Shown one piece after another: positions 38,938 to 49,422 of a DNA stretch of 64,000 nucleotides. The stretch is from positions 64,001-128,000 of the forward strand of contig JBGARZ010000020.1 in NCBI GenBank assembly GCA_044229975.1, read 5' to 3'. The DNA is from Polyangiales bacterium (lineage in GTDB: Bacteria > Myxococcota_A > Polyangia > Polyangiales > Ga0077539). The notes beneath the pieces were generated by a model. That model had not been told where the DNA came from. It worked only from the letters and a program-made list of their open reading frames with translations, and searched no databases. The position numbers and the translations under genes are program-made. Positions within the stretch are counted from its first letter, which is position 1, and every line of letters begins with the position of its first letter.

Positions 38938-39879
38938 ATGTCGAACGAAGACGCGCGCAAGCTGTTTGTAGCCGGACTGCCGGACAGCGTGACGGAGGAG
39001 GATCTGCGCGGCCTCTTCCTCGAATCAGGAGCACAGTCGGCGGAGCTCACGCTTCCTCGTGATCGGATGTCGGGACGGCCGCGAGGGTTCGCCTTCGTTC
39101 GTCTGGGCAGCGAAGAGGAGGCCGACCGCGCCCGCTCGGTGCTCGATGGGCGAATCGTCGACGGGCGAACCATCTCGGTGCGACCGTTTCAGGCCGAGCC
39201 TCCGGCGCGGGGCGAGCGCCCGGCGGGCGGCTTCGGTGGTCCGCCCGGCGGGGGCGGTGGCTTCGGTGGTCCGTCCGGCGGTGGCATGGGTGGTGGTGGC
39301 TACGGTGCTCCGCGGGAAGATCGTCCGCGGCGCGACATGGGCGGCCCCGCGCCCGACCGCACGCTCTACGTGGGCAACCTCCCGTACGACGCGACGCAGG
39401 AGGAGATCGAGGTGCTGCTCAACGAGCTCGGCGCGGGCCCCGTGGCGCGCGTGCACCTGCCCCTCGATCAGGACGGCCGCAAGCGCGGCTTCGGGTTCGT
39501 GACGCTGGCGACGGCCGAGGCCGCCAACGCCGCCATCGACCAGCTCAAGAACGCCGAGCTCCGCAGCCGTCGGCTCATCATCAACCTGGCGCACCCGAAG
39601 GGCTCCCCCGGGGCCCCGATGGGCGCTGGCGGTCCGGGTGGTTTCACCGGCACGGGCGGCGATCGTCCGCCCCCGCGCACGTTCGGCGGTCCGCCGAGCA
39701 GCAACTTCGGTCCGCCGTCGCCTCCGGGTGGCCGCACCGCGCTCGGCAACCAGCGCAAGCGCAAGGAGGGCGAAGGCGACGGCCGCGGCCGTCCGGGCGC
39801 CACCGGCACCGCGCCGGGCGGCAGCGGTCGGCGCGACCGCGAAGAGCGCAACTGGCGCGGCGACGACGACGACGAGTAA
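38938..39879 (+). CDS. RNA-binding protein with two RRM domains and Gly-rich linkers
   Basis: RNP2 LFVAGL and LYVGNL; RNP1 RGFAFV and RGFGFV. Confidence 0.92.
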   Translation: MSNEDARKLFVAGLPDSVTEEDLRGLFLESGAQSAELTLPRDRMSGRPRGFAFVRLGSEEEADRARSVLDGRIVDGRTISVRPFQAEPPARGERPAGGFGGPPGGGGGFGGPSGGGMGGGGYGAPREDRPRRDMGGPAPDRTLYVGNLPYDATQEEIEVLLNELGAGPVARVHLPLDQDGRKRGFGFVTLATAEAANAAIDQLKNAELRSRRLIINLAHPKGSPGAPMGAGGPGGFTGTGGDRPPPRTFGGPPSSNFGPPSPPGGRTALGNQRKRKEGEGDGRGRPGATGTAPGGSGRRDREERNWRGDDDDE

Positions 39880-39909
39880 GCCCTCGTCGGCTGTGCTAAG
39901 TCGCCAGGA

Positions 39910-40719
39910 ATGTCTTCCTGGCTCGATCGCCTCGATCGCCGCTTCGGGCGGCACATCCCGCAAAACCTCACCCTCGGACTCGTCGGAGCGCTGGGCCTCA
40001 ACTGGGGCCTGGAGCATCTCCATCCGGGGTACACGTCCTACCTGACGCTCGACGTCGCGAAGGTGCTGCGGGGCGAGGTCTGGCGGCTCGTCACCTTCGT
40101 CACGATGCCTCCCGAGACGTCGCCCATCTGGGTGTTCTTCGCGCTCCTGTGGACGCACTTCCTCGGCACCATCGTCGAGAGCGAGTGGGGCGGCGCGCGC
40201 TACCTCGCCTACTGGGTCATCGGCATGCTCGGGACGATCGCGTTGGCGTTCGTCTTCGGCGTGACGGGCACCAACACGTCGCTGATGCTGTCGCTGCTGC
40301 TCGCTGCTGCGACCATCGACCCTGATCGTCAGGTGACGATCTTCTTCATCATCCCGGTGCGCCTGAAGTGGCTCGCGTGGTTGGGCGTCGCGGGCCTCGC
40401 CATCCAGATGTGGCAGCTCGACGGGTTGAGGCGGTTGTTCCCGGTGGTGGCGCTGGTCAACTACCTGGTGTTCTTCGGTCCGACGGCCTGGGCGTGGTTG
40501 AGGGGTCGGCAACGCAAGGCGGCCTACGTCGTCGAGGCCCACCGCGCGGCGCAGGTGCCGAGCGTCGTGAGCGAGCGGCAGTGCGCGACCTGCGGCGTGA
40601 CCGACGCCGACCGCGCGGTGGAGTTTCGCGTCTGCACCTGCGACCGCTGCGGCAAGCCCACCAACTTCTGCCTCCCCCACGTGCGCGAGCACCTCGCCGC
40701 CGCACCCGAAGGCGCGTAG
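39910..40719 (+). CDS. Membrane protein (rhomboid/derlin-like fold) with a C-terminal Zn finger
   Basis: GEVWRLVTF, about six TM helices, C-terminal CATC...FRVCTCDRC...FCLPH. Confidence 0.7.
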   Translation: MSSWLDRLDRRFGRHIPQNLTLGLVGALGLNWGLEHLHPGYTSYLTLDVAKVLRGEVWRLVTFVTMPPETSPIWVFFALLWTHFLGTIVESEWGGARYLAYWVIGMLGTIALAFVFGVTGTNTSLMLSLLLAAATIDPDRQVTIFFIIPVRLKWLAWLGVAGLAIQMWQLDGLRRLFPVVALVNYLVFFGPTAWAWLRGRQRKAAYVVEAHRAAQVPSVVSERQCATCGVTDADRAVEFRVCTCDRCGKPTNFCLPHVREHLAAAPEGA

Positions 40720-40723
40720 CGGA

Positions 40724-42298
40724 TCACTCCTCGTCGGTGGGCGGGTCTTCGTCTTCGGGGTGTCGAAAAGGCTGCGCCGCGCGGATGACCTGCACCTGCG
40801 TGGTGGGCGCCACGACCGGCGGTGCGGCGACGGGTCGTGACACCACGAGCTCGGGGATGTCGATCTCCTCGACCAGCGTGAGGGTGCGGTTGACCGTGAA
40901 TCGCAGGTGCAACTGCCGCAGCGCCGCGGGGAGCTGCACCCCGGCGGTGTAGCGCCCGCGCGGCTCGACCTCGCGCAGTGGTTCAACGGCGACGCCCGGG
41001 TCGGCGGCGACGTCGACGGCGGCGAGGGAGACCGGTCGCCCCTCGGCGTCGTGGAGGTCGATGGTGATGGTCGTGGTGGCGGCCGGGCTGCCCATGGTGG
41101 CGGTGGGCGCGCCCACGCGAACGGAGTGCTCCACGGGGCCGACCTGCTCGGCGGTGAGCGTGGTGGCGCGGGCGTCGTGGCCGTCGGCGGCGGTGCCGCA
41201 GCGGAGGGCGTAGGCGCGCGCCGGGTCGAGCGGTCGCGGGCGATCGGAGGTGCTGAACGGCGCGCCGTCGAGGCTGCAATAGAAGCCCGGCGGGATGACG
41301 AGCGAGGCGCGACGGCCCGGTCGGGTGGCGGTGGCGAGCTCGCCGGGGTCGACGCGGGGCGCGGCGATCTCGATGCGCGCGACGGACGACGGGAGGCTCT
41401 CGAAGCGGTCGCCGTCGACGGAGAAGAGGCGGATGTACCAGGTGCCCGGGTTGAGCGAGCGGAACCGCAGCAGCGTCTCGCGCGGGCCGAGGGTCTGCTC
41501 GCCGAGGCGCTGGCGGAAGCGCTCGTCGCGCGCGATGTCGACGCGGTAGCCCGTCACGGCGGAGCCCGCGGGGCCGCGGCGGCCGGGGCCGAAGGTTCCT
41601 TCGACGTCGACGGGTTCGCCGAAGGAGAGGGCGCGGGTGTTGGGCTGGCGGCGCCACTCGGGGGCGCGCGGGAGCACACGCATCACCGCGGGCGGACGGC
41701 CCTCCTCCTCGCGAACGGCGTGGAGCGGAGGGAGCAGGTACTCGTTGGTTCCGAAGCGCACGCGGAGGCGGCCGCGGGTGTTGGCGACGCGGGTGATGTG
41801 CCCGCCGAGCTCCGCGCTGACGACGGCGTCGGCGCGCCCGGTGAACACCGTGAGCGCCTGCGTGGCGATGGGGATGGACTCCGCGCGGGCGGCGGGCGGC
41901 GCGGTGACGCGAACGGTGCCGCGAGTGAGGGTAGTGGTGGTCGACGGCGGAACACCCGGCGGCGTGACGGCGGGGCTGCCGAAGAGGGTGAGCAACGACT
42001 GCGGATCGAGCGCGAGCGTGACGCCATCGGAGAGGGTGAGCTCGGCGCGGCCGTCTCCGGTGCGAACGCGCGTGCCGCGGGCGAGCACGGTGTCGGCGAG
42101 GGCGGGTGCGAAGGTGCGGGTGCCCGGGAGCATCACCTCGACGCGACCCGTGACGACGGTGAGTCGCACCTCGGGCGCCGGGGCGGCGACGGGCGCGGGC
42201 TGCGCGTGAACCTGCGCGGGCGCGAGGGCCGAGACGAATCCGAGGATCACGAGAGCGATCCAGGGAAGTCGGTTGGGTCGCGCGGGCGTTGGCAGCAC
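40724..42298 (-). CDS. Secreted FecR-domain protein
   Basis: Signal peptide; VRTGDGRAELTLSDG FecR motif; FN3-like segment. Start uncertain. Confidence 0.7.
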   Translation of the reverse strand: MLPTPARPNRLPWIALVILGFVSALAPAQVHAQPAPVAAPAPEVRLTVVTGRVEVMLPGTRTFAPALADTVLARGTRVRTGDGRAELTLSDGVTLALDPQSLLTLFGSPAVTPPGVPPSTTTTLTRGTVRVTAPPAARAESIPIATQALTVFTGRADAVVSAELGGHITRVANTRGRLRVRFGTNEYLLPPLHAVREEEGRPPAVMRVLPRAPEWRRQPNTRALSFGEPVDVEGTFGPGRRGPAGSAVTGYRVDIARDERFRQRLGEQTLGPRETLLRFRSLNPGTWYIRLFSVDGDRFESLPSSVARIEIAAPRVDPGELATATRPGRRASLVIPPGFYCSLDGAPFSTSDRPRPLDPARAYALRCGTAADGHDARATTLTAEQVGPVEHSVRVGAPTATMGSPAATTTITIDLHDAEGRPVSLAAVDVAADPGVAVEPLREVEPRGRYTAGVQLPAALRQLHLRFTVNRTLTLVEEIDIPELVVSRPVAAPPVVAPTTQVQVIRAAQPFRHPEDEDPPTDEE

Positions 42299-42561
42299 GG
42301 GGGGGACGTTGATGGATAGCACCCTCCCGGGGGCGCCGTGAACGCGCGTGGGTGTCAACGCGCGTTGGGACTGTCGGGTGTCGGCCGTGGGGCGCGATCG
42401 GGCGGTGACAGGTGTGAACGAAGACGGGGATTGCCCGCGAAAATCGCTATGAAACAAGGTGCGTAGGTCGGCGCTCGGGCGAGCGGGGGTGGGCATCGGG
42501 GGTGGTACGTCGGCTGCTCAGTGGACGATCTACCGACTGACGACTTCCAGGGAGGTTCTCC

Positions 42562-44088
42562 ATGACCCACCGCATGACGCTCCACACGATGGCCTTCGCG
42601 ACGGTTCTTTCGACGCTCGGGTTCTCGGTCACCGCCCACGCGCAGCACCGGCGTGAGCAGGTGGGGGCGCATGTTCCGGCGGGCGATGGTGCGGCGCGCA
42701 TCTCCATGGACGGCCGCCTCGGGCGGCGCGACCAGGCGGACGAGGAGGGGCGTCGGCAGCGTGGGCAGACCGTTCGGCTGCGCCGCGGTGATCGGGTGCG
42801 CTTCGCGGTGTCGTCCGAGGCGATGGACGTGATGGCGCGGGTCGAGGGCCCCAGCGGTCAGCACTGGGAGGACGACGACGGCGCAGGCGGAACCAACGCG
42901 CGCCTGGTGTTCACGGCCCCGGCGGACGGGACGTACCGCTTCATCGTGACGACCTACGAGGCGGGCGAGACCGGCGCGTACGAGGCCGAGGCGGTGATCG
43001 GCCACGGCGGCGCGGCGGTGGACGACGACGACGACGCGCAGGCGAACGACGGCGACGGCCGCGCCGACGCGCAGGACGACGACAGCGCGCAGGACGACGA
43101 CAGCGCGCAGGATGACGACGCGCAGGACGACGCCCCCGTTGCTCCGACCGCGGCTGCCGCGACGGGCGCTGGGACGACCTACGGCATCTTCGTGGGCATC
43201 TCGCACTACGGCGGCGACAACCACGACCTGCCGGGCGCGGCGTCGGACGCGGTGCAGCTCGCGCGGGCGTTTCAGCAGGCGGGCTGGATGCACCGCGGCA
43301 ACGCGGTGGTGCTGACCGACGCGGAGGCGACGGCGGGCGGCATCCGGCAGGCGTTCCAGACGCTGGCGCCGCGGGTGCGCCCCAACGACACGCTGGTGTT
43401 CTTCTTCGACGGCCACGGCAACCGCTCGGAGATCGACCTCGTCGGCCCTGACATCTCGCGCCGCGAGCTCGGTCAGATGATGGCGCAGGTTCACGGTCGC
43501 CAGCTTCTGGTGCTCGATAGCTGCGAGGCGGGCGGCTTCGCGCCGCTGGTGCAGGGCCATGGCGACCGCGCGGGTCTCTTCTCGTCGAGCGCGACGCAGA
43601 GCTCCTCGACGGCTCCTGAAGTCGGTGCGGGCGGCTGGCTGGCCTACGCGTTTCGCGAGGCGGTCGCGGGCGGTGTCCGTCGCCGCCCCGACGGAACCAT
43701 GGACTTCAACGACGTCACCTCGTACGTGCGTCGTCAGTACTCGCAGCACCACGTCACCGATCAGACGCTGGTGGCGGTCAACGATCGCTCGCAGGGCTTC
43801 GCGCTCGGCGGAAGCGGCGGCGCGGTGACCAACGTCCCGGCCGATACGGCGGTGGCGGCGCGCAACCCGACGCGGCGACCCGACGTGGCGATGGTGCCTT
43901 CCATCGCGCCGTGGACGGGGATGATCCCGGGGATGCCCTCCGCGGGCGCCGCGAGCGACGACGCCGATGACGACTCGGCCCAGGGAGCTGGCAACGAGGA
44001 GCTCTTCGGCAACCACGACGCCTTCGCGCAGATCCTCGGCGCGGGCGTCGGCGTGGCCGGCCAGGTGCTCAACTCGCTGGTGAAGTGA
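42562..44088 (+). CDS. Secreted caspase-like (peptidase C14) protein with a PPC-like domain
   Basis: Signal peptide (AHA); DDDGAGGTNARL PPC-like segment; catalytic dyad FFDGHG / LDSCEAG. Confidence 0.8.
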   Translation: MTHRMTLHTMAFATVLSTLGFSVTAHAQHRREQVGAHVPAGDGAARISMDGRLGRRDQADEEGRRQRGQTVRLRRGDRVRFAVSSEAMDVMARVEGPSGQHWEDDDGAGGTNARLVFTAPADGTYRFIVTTYEAGETGAYEAEAVIGHGGAAVDDDDDAQANDGDGRADAQDDDSAQDDDSAQDDDAQDDAPVAPTAAAATGAGTTYGIFVGISHYGGDNHDLPGAASDAVQLARAFQQAGWMHRGNAVVLTDAEATAGGIRQAFQTLAPRVRPNDTLVFFFDGHGNRSEIDLVGPDISRRELGQMMAQVHGRQLLVLDSCEAGGFAPLVQGHGDRAGLFSSSATQSSSTAPEVGAGGWLAYAFREAVAGGVRRRPDGTMDFNDVTSYVRRQYSQHHVTDQTLVAVNDRSQGFALGGSGGAVTNVPADTAVAARNPTRRPDVAMVPSIAPWTGMIPGMPSAGAASDDADDDSAQGAGNEELFGNHDAFAQILGAGVGVAGQVLNSLVK

Positions 44089-44935
44089 CCCCGGCGCGCG
44101 GCACCACGATCGCGTGCGGGTACGGCTCCCGCTCGTGGAGCGCCACCTCGTAGCCCGTACCCTCCGCCAGCGCCTCGATCTCCCCCGCGCTGTACCGCTG
44201 ATAGAACCCCGCCCCCGCCACAAACCCCGCCCCATCCGCCGCGCTCGTCCGACCGAGCACCCTCGCGAGCGCCTGTCGCAGCGGCACCCGCAGCGCCTCG
44301 ACCCGACCGTTGGCGCGCCCGTCGTCGTCCGGCCCGAGGTAGCTCAACAACACCGGCGCGTGCGGCGCGATCGTCCGCAACGCCTCCAACAAAGCCACTC
44401 GCGCGCCTGCATCTGTCACGTGCGACAGGCTCGCCCAGCCCAGCACCACGCCGTCGAAGCCGCCGCCCACCGCGCCCGCGAGCGGTCCTCCGTCGCCGCG
44501 CGCCGCGCGCACCAGGTCGCCATACGAACCCTGGTAAGCCGTCGCTCTCGCGTGCCCCACTGCCACCTGTCCGAGCGCTTCGGCGAGCCCCGGCGCCGGC
44601 TCGAAGGCCACCACCTCGTAGCCCAGCGCGCAGAGCCCGGCGAGCTCGCGCCCACCGCCTGCACCACCGAGCAGCAATCGACCCGACGACGGAAACGGTG
44701 ACGTGGCGAGCGCGGTGCGTTCCCACCCGAAGAGACCTTGCGAGAAGGCCGGGCCGCCCGGTGAGTAGGTGTCCTCCGCGGAGAAGACCGCGGCGTTGAC
44801 GGCCTCGCGCTCGTCCTCCGAGAGCCCCGCGAGGAGCAGCTCGGTGCGAACGAGCGCGGCGAGGCGCACCGTCGAGTGCACGGCGCGATCGGCGAGGAGG
44901 AGGGCGCGCGCCCAGGCGGGGATGGTCTTGGACAT
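44069..44935 (-). CDS. Class I SAM-dependent methyltransferase
   Basis: LLLGGAGGGRE, VVAFEP, FDGVVLGWASLSH. Confidence 0.75.
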   Translation of the reverse strand: MSKTIPAWARALLLADRAVHSTVRLAALVRTELLLAGLSEDEREAVNAAVFSAEDTYSPGGPAFSQGLFGWERTALATSPFPSSGRLLLGGAGGGRELAGLCALGYEVVAFEPAPGLAEALGQVAVGHARATAYQGSYGDLVRAARGDGGPLAGAVGGGFDGVVLGWASLSHVTDAGARVALLEALRTIAPHAPVLLSYLGPDDDGRANGRVEALRVPLRQALARVLGRTSAADGAGFVAGAGFYQRYSAGEIEALAEGTGYEVALHEREPYPHAIVVPRAGVTSPAS

Positions 44936-44964
44936 CGGGTCGATGGATACCCGATGCGGAGGCG

Positions 44965-46257
44965 CTACGGGGAGAGGCCCGTGGTGATGAGCGAGCCGTT
45001 GATCACGCACTGACCCGCGCCCTGGTTCATCGGGAGGGTCACGGCGTTGAAGGTGACGTTCATGCGGCCCTCGGCGGGCGCGAACTCGGTCGCGGTGACC
45101 GTGCCCGACACGCTGCGCCCGGTGTTGATGAACACGCTCGGGCCGACGCCCACCTGGAGGTTCTGCTGACAGCGACGGCCGATGGCGCAGACGTCCACGG
45201 TCTGCCCCGGCGTCACGTCGCCGAGCTTCACGAAGAGGCGGTTGAGCGTCGTCCCGACGATGGCCACCACGTTGATGGCGCCCTCCGCGGGCATCACCCG
45301 GGTGACACCCTCGGGGAGCTGGAGCGCCGCGCAGTCACCCGTCAGCGTGAGCGTCGAGGTGACCAACGAACCACCACCGCCACCACCACCCGGGGCCGCC
45401 GGGACCATGCCCGGCGTCGGCGTGGCGCCCATCGGGGCGTTCATGGTCGTGGGAGGAGCGGTCGGCACGGGCGGCGGCTCGGGCGCCTTGGTGAGCTGAC
45501 CCACCACGGAGAGGATCACGCCGAGCGGAGCCGCGACGGCGCCGATGATGAACGCCTTCTTGGAGAGCCCGACGGAGCCCGCGAGCAGCTCGTCGCGCGA
45601 CTTGTCCATGATGAGCAGCGAGGCCCAGCTCGGTGACGAGATGGAGCCGTCGTCCTGGAGCTTGCCGTTGACGTAGAACGGCCCCTTTGGCTCAAGAAAC
45701 TGCTCGCTCACGAAGTAGTTCGCCGTGACGGGGACCTCGATCATGCGGCCGAGGGGGTTCTTCACCTGCACGCTCGCGGGGATGGAGAACCCGGGGGTGA
45801 CTTCGAGGGGCTTCGACCCGAGCGACGCGAGCAGTCCGCGGCTGAACTTCTTCCGCTCGAAGGGCTTCGTCACGCAGAACTCACCGCCGCGCTTGGCGTC
45901 GATGGAGACCACCGCGGGCCCGCTGCCGTCGTTGACTGCGAAGGGGACGGCCTGCGCGTCTTCCATCACGGTGTACTTGTTCTCGACGTTGTCTTCGCTC
46001 CACTCGACTTCGAGCTTCCACGAGAAGTAGACGCACGGCGCGCCGCTCACCGGCGACGTCAGGACGTGCTGCGTCTGCACCTGTCCCTGCGTCGACAGGG
46101 CGCCCTTCGCGTTGGCGATGGAGCGCCCCTGCGCGCCCACCTGTCCCGACGGCGCGAAGGGCGTCTCACCCAGGCGCCCCGCGCGCATTTTCTGAACGAC
46201 ACCACCCGCCAGCGCCATCACGCCGATGAGAAGAAGAATTGCTCCGATTGCGATCAT
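44965..46257 (-). CDS. GIDE-domain-like membrane protein with a C-terminal extra domain
   Basis: N-terminal TM, SPVSGAPCVYF...VPFAVNDGSG, second TM, Pro-rich linker. Confidence 0.6.
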   Translation of the reverse strand: MIAIGAILLLIGVMALAGGVVQKMRAGRLGETPFAPSGQVGAQGRSIANAKGALSTQGQVQTQHVLTSPVSGAPCVYFSWKLEVEWSEDNVENKYTVMEDAQAVPFAVNDGSGPAVVSIDAKRGGEFCVTKPFERKKFSRGLLASLGSKPLEVTPGFSIPASVQVKNPLGRMIEVPVTANYFVSEQFLEPKGPFYVNGKLQDDGSISSPSWASLLIMDKSRDELLAGSVGLSKKAFIIGAVAAPLGVILSVVGQLTKAPEPPPVPTAPPTTMNAPMGATPTPGMVPAAPGGGGGGGSLVTSTLTLTGDCAALQLPEGVTRVMPAEGAINVVAIVGTTLNRLFVKLGDVTPGQTVDVCAIGRRCQQNLQVGVGPSVFINTGRSVSGTVTATEFAPAEGRMNVTFNAVTLPMNQGAGQCVINGSLITTGLSP

Positions 46258-46421
46258 CGACCGGTCCCTCCGTCACGTGTCCACCCCGAGTGGCCACCGC
46301 CGCTCGGATTAGGTGAAGCACTCTACGGGTGTCGAGCGATTTCACGCGATTTCGTGACGGACGGCCGACACCACGCGTGCACGCGCGCTGCGTGCGGTGT
46401 CGCGAGACATGTCAGACCGAG

Positions 46422-46841
46422 CTATTTCGAGCGCATCCGGTTGTTCTTCGCGAGGTGCTCCACCTCGGCGAGACCGAGCACCTCCAGCACCGGCGGTACA
46501 TACATCCCGAAGCGCCCGCGCAGCCCCTTCTTCAAGCCGTACCAGCCGCCCACCGGGTTGCTCTCGGCGCGACCCCACGCCTCGACGGTCCCCTCGGCCG
46601 CGGGCTTCTGCTCGTCCGCGCTGCCGAGCGCCATCCAGTCGCCGTGCTTCTTCAGCATCGCGTGCAGGTCGTCGATGCAGCGAAGGTGGTACCGCAGCTG
46701 CGTCGACCCGACCTGCACCACCAGCGCGGGCGGGTCGAGCGTCTCGTCGCGGTACGCCGTGTACTCGCTCGTGCCCGGCGGCGTCTTTAGCGCCCAGGGG
46801 TTGTCCTTCGTCCCGGCCTCGCCACTCTTCTTCGTCACCAT
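46422..46841 (-). CDS. Conserved hypothetical protein (DUF6855-like)
   Basis: PWALKTPPGTSEY...NPVGGWYGLKKGLRGRFGMY; family name recalled from memory, not searched. Confidence 0.7.
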   Translation of the reverse strand: MVTKKSGEAGTKDNPWALKTPPGTSEYTAYRDETLDPPALVVQVGSTQLRYHLRCIDDLHAMLKKHGDWMALGSADEQKPAAEGTVEAWGRAESNPVGGWYGLKKGLRGRFGMYVPPVLEVLGLAEVEHLAKNNRMRSK

Positions 46842-46951
46842 GATCAGCTCTCCTCGGCGCGCTTCATGAGGCACGCCGCGAACCCGTCGAAGGCCGGCTG
46901 AAGATCAGGGATGGCCTTCGTGAATTTCTTCACGGTCGCGTTGGTAACACT

Positions 46952-47392
46952 TCAGTTACCACCCGCCAAGGTTCCGGCGGCTCTCGCGAGCGCCGGCAGG
47001 ACGACGCCCCACGACGCCGCATAGCGCGGCGCACGCGCTTGAAACAGCGCCTCGCTGGCGGCGGTCGCCCGGTGCGTGACGGTCACGCGGGTGCCGTCGC
47101 CTTCAGCGCGGAAGGCCACCTCGACCTCCGTCGGGTGCTCGGGGTCGGTGCCCGGGTAGAAGTCGAGGAGCAGCCGCGAGGGTGGCTCCCACGCGCGCAC
47201 CCGGCCGAGCTCCACCTCGCGCCCGTCCGTCGCCCGCTCGTAGAAGCGCCCCGACTCCAGCAAGAACATCTCCGCTTCCGCGTCACCCGTATGGCGCCGC
47301 TCAGGTGGCCACCAGGCGCCAACCTCCCTGGTCAACAGGGCGAACGACCGCTCGACGGCACACGGCAGCCACACCGACTTCTCGATGGTCAC
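46952..47392 (-). CDS. SRPBCC/AHSA1-like (START fold) protein
   Basis: WWP, GRVRAWEPPSRL, TEVEVAF...GTRVTVTH; coupled to the ArsR gene. Confidence 0.8.
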   Translation of the reverse strand: MTIEKSVWLPCAVERSFALLTREVGAWWPPERRHTGDAEAEMFLLESGRFYERATDGREVELGRVRAWEPPSRLLLDFYPGTDPEHPTEVEVAFRAEGDGTRVTVTHRATAASEALFQARAPRYAASWGVVLPALARAAGTLAGGN

Positions 47393-47691
47393 TTCGCCTC
47401 CTTCTCGCGCTGGGCGAGCTGTTCGAGGCGGGCGAGGGCCACGTCCCAGAAGCCGTCGAGGTAGGCCCGCACCGGCGCCAGACCTTCGAGGCGGATCGCA
47501 TAGAGCGTTCGCGCCCCGCTCGACCGCGCCGTGACGAGACCCGCCTCCTGCAACACGGCGATGTGCCGGGAGATGGCGGGGCGGCTCACCGGGAAGCGCG
47601 CGGCGATCTCGCCCACCGTCGCCGGACGGGCGCGGAGGCGGACCAGGATCTCACGTCGAACAGGGTTTCCGAGGGCGTCGAGCGCGTGCAT
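47389..47691 (-). CDS. ArsR/SmtB family transcriptional regulator
   Basis: ALGNPVRREIL, SRPAISRHIAVLQEAGLV. Confidence 0.88.
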   Translation of the reverse strand: MHALDALGNPVRREILVRLRARPATVGEIAARFPVSRPAISRHIAVLQEAGLVTARSSGARTLYAIRLEGLAPVRAYLDGFWDVALARLEQLAQREKEAK

Positions 47692-47708
47692 GGATGGTAA
47701 CCGAGACG

Positions 47709-48983
47709 TTACGCCTTCCGCGGCCGGTACAAAAGCATCCCCAGCGCCACCACGGCGAGCGAGAGCAGCGTCGGCCGCGGCGACCCCTTCGCGAAGCCCG
47801 CCAGCATCGCGATCGTCACCAGCAGGAAACCCCGCTCCGTCCACGGCGACCCCGGCACGCGGAACGGTCGCTCCAGCGCGGGTTCATTCCGGCGCAGCCG
47901 CAGCGTGGCCCACGCGCCCAGCGCATAGAACGGCCACGCCCCCACCACGAACACCTGCGCGAGCTGACCGAACACCGACACCCGCGCGTACGCGAGCGCC
48001 AGGCCCACCGTCACCAGTGTTGCGACGGCCGGGACTCCACGCGCATCGAGTCGTGAGAGCGCGCCGAGGCGAGGGGCGTCGTCGCCGAGCGCGGCGACCA
48101 CGCGCGTGCCGGAGACGAGCCCGATGAGGCAACCGCCGAAGGTCGATGAGGCCACCAGCGCCACCAGCAGACGGGCGCCGCGGACGCCGTCGAGGCGAGC
48201 TCCGAGCGCGGCGGCGGGAGCGGTGGCGTGGGCGAGGCCCTCGGTGGAGAGCGCCCGGTGGAAGGCCACGACCACGAGCAGGTAGAGCGCCGTGACTGCG
48301 ACGACGCCTGCGATGAGCGCGCGCGGAATGGTCCTCCCGGGAGCGCGAACCTCGGCGGCGAGGGAGGTGATGTCGATCCAGCCATCGAAGGCCCAGAGCA
48401 CGGGGACGAGCGCGGCGATGAGCGCCGCCCACGACACGGGTGCAGTGGGAACTGGCAATGAGGGAGCGGGTGGGAGCACGAGCGCGACGACGGCGACGGC
48501 GGCGAGGGCGAGGACGCGCGCGAGGGTGACGACGGACTGGAGGCGCGCGGCGGGCTTGAGGCCGAGGAGGTTGACCGCGCCGACGGCGACGATGACCAGC
48601 GAAGTGAGCGTGGGGACGCGCCAGGGGATGACGGCGGCGAGGTGTTCGGCGGTGACGCTCGCGAAGAACGCGACGGACGATGGGACCAGGACGAGGGTCA
48701 TGGTCCAGCCGAAGGCGAAGGCGGCGCGACCGCCGAAGGCCCGGCGGAGGATGGCCGTGAGGCCACCGCGCTCGGGCAGGGCGGCGCCGGGTTCGGCGAG
48801 GGCGAAGGCTCCGAGGAGCGAGAGGGCGGCGCCGGCGGTCCAGACGGCGAGGGCGAGGTCGAGGCGGTGGACGGCGCGGGCGACGAGGGCGGGGGTCGCG
48901 AAGATGCCGCTGCCGACCATGGCACCGACGGTGACCAGGGTGGCGTCGACGGTTCCGAGCACGCGGCGCTCGGTCGCGCTCAC
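47709..48983 (-). CDS. APC family amino acid permease
   Basis: VGAMVGSGIF, WAFDGW, RPFRVPG; many TM helices. Confidence 0.9.
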   Translation of the reverse strand: MSATERRVLGTVDATLVTVGAMVGSGIFATPALVARAVHRLDLALAVWTAGAALSLLGAFALAEPGAALPERGGLTAILRRAFGGRAAFAFGWTMTLVLVPSSVAFFASVTAEHLAAVIPWRVPTLTSLVIVAVGAVNLLGLKPAARLQSVVTLARVLALAAVAVVALVLPPAPSLPVPTAPVSWAALIAALVPVLWAFDGWIDITSLAAEVRAPGRTIPRALIAGVVAVTALYLLVVVAFHRALSTEGLAHATAPAAALGARLDGVRGARLLVALVASSTFGGCLIGLVSGTRVVAALGDDAPRLGALSRLDARGVPAVATLVTVGLALAYARVSVFGQLAQVFVVGAWPFYALGAWATLRLRRNEPALERPFRVPGSPWTERGFLLVTIAMLAGFAKGSPRPTLLSLAVVALGMLLYRPRKA

Positions 48984-48987
48984 GGCG

Positions 48988-49422
48988 TCAGGCGCGGACG
49001 CGGCGGACGGCGTCGCCGACGTCCTTGCCCTGCACCACGGAGCCGGTGGTCTTGAGGTGCTTCATCGCGACGCCGGTGGCCTGGCCATCGTTGGCCGCGG
49101 CGCGGATGGCGTCGCGCACGGGCTCGAGCAGCGCCACGATGCCGTCGACGTCGAGGGACTTCGGGAGAAGTGCTTCGAGGACGGCGATCTCCTTGCGGAG
49201 GGTCTCCTGCTGGGCCGCGTCGGTGGCGAGCGCGAGGGTGTCCTGGTTGGACTTCACCAGCTTGCGGAGAATGGCCTGCACGGGCTCGTCGCCGAGGGTC
49301 CCGCCCGCGCGCTCGACCGCCATGGAGAGCTCGCCGAGGGCCACGCGGAGGATCTCCTTGGTGACGGTGTCGTGGGCCTTCATCGCGGCCATCATCTGAC
49401 GCTTGATCTCGTCGAGCAGCAT
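48988..49422 (-). CDS. GatB/YqeY domain protein
   Basis: IKRQMMAAMKAHD...EIAVLEALLPK...GVAMK...VQGK. Confidence 0.85.
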   Translation of the reverse strand: MLLDEIKRQMMAAMKAHDTVTKEILRVALGELSMAVERAGGTLGDEPVQAILRKLVKSNQDTLALATDAAQQETLRKEIAVLEALLPKSLDVDGIVALLEPVRDAIRAAANDGQATGVAMKHLKTTGSVVQGKDVGDAVRRVRA

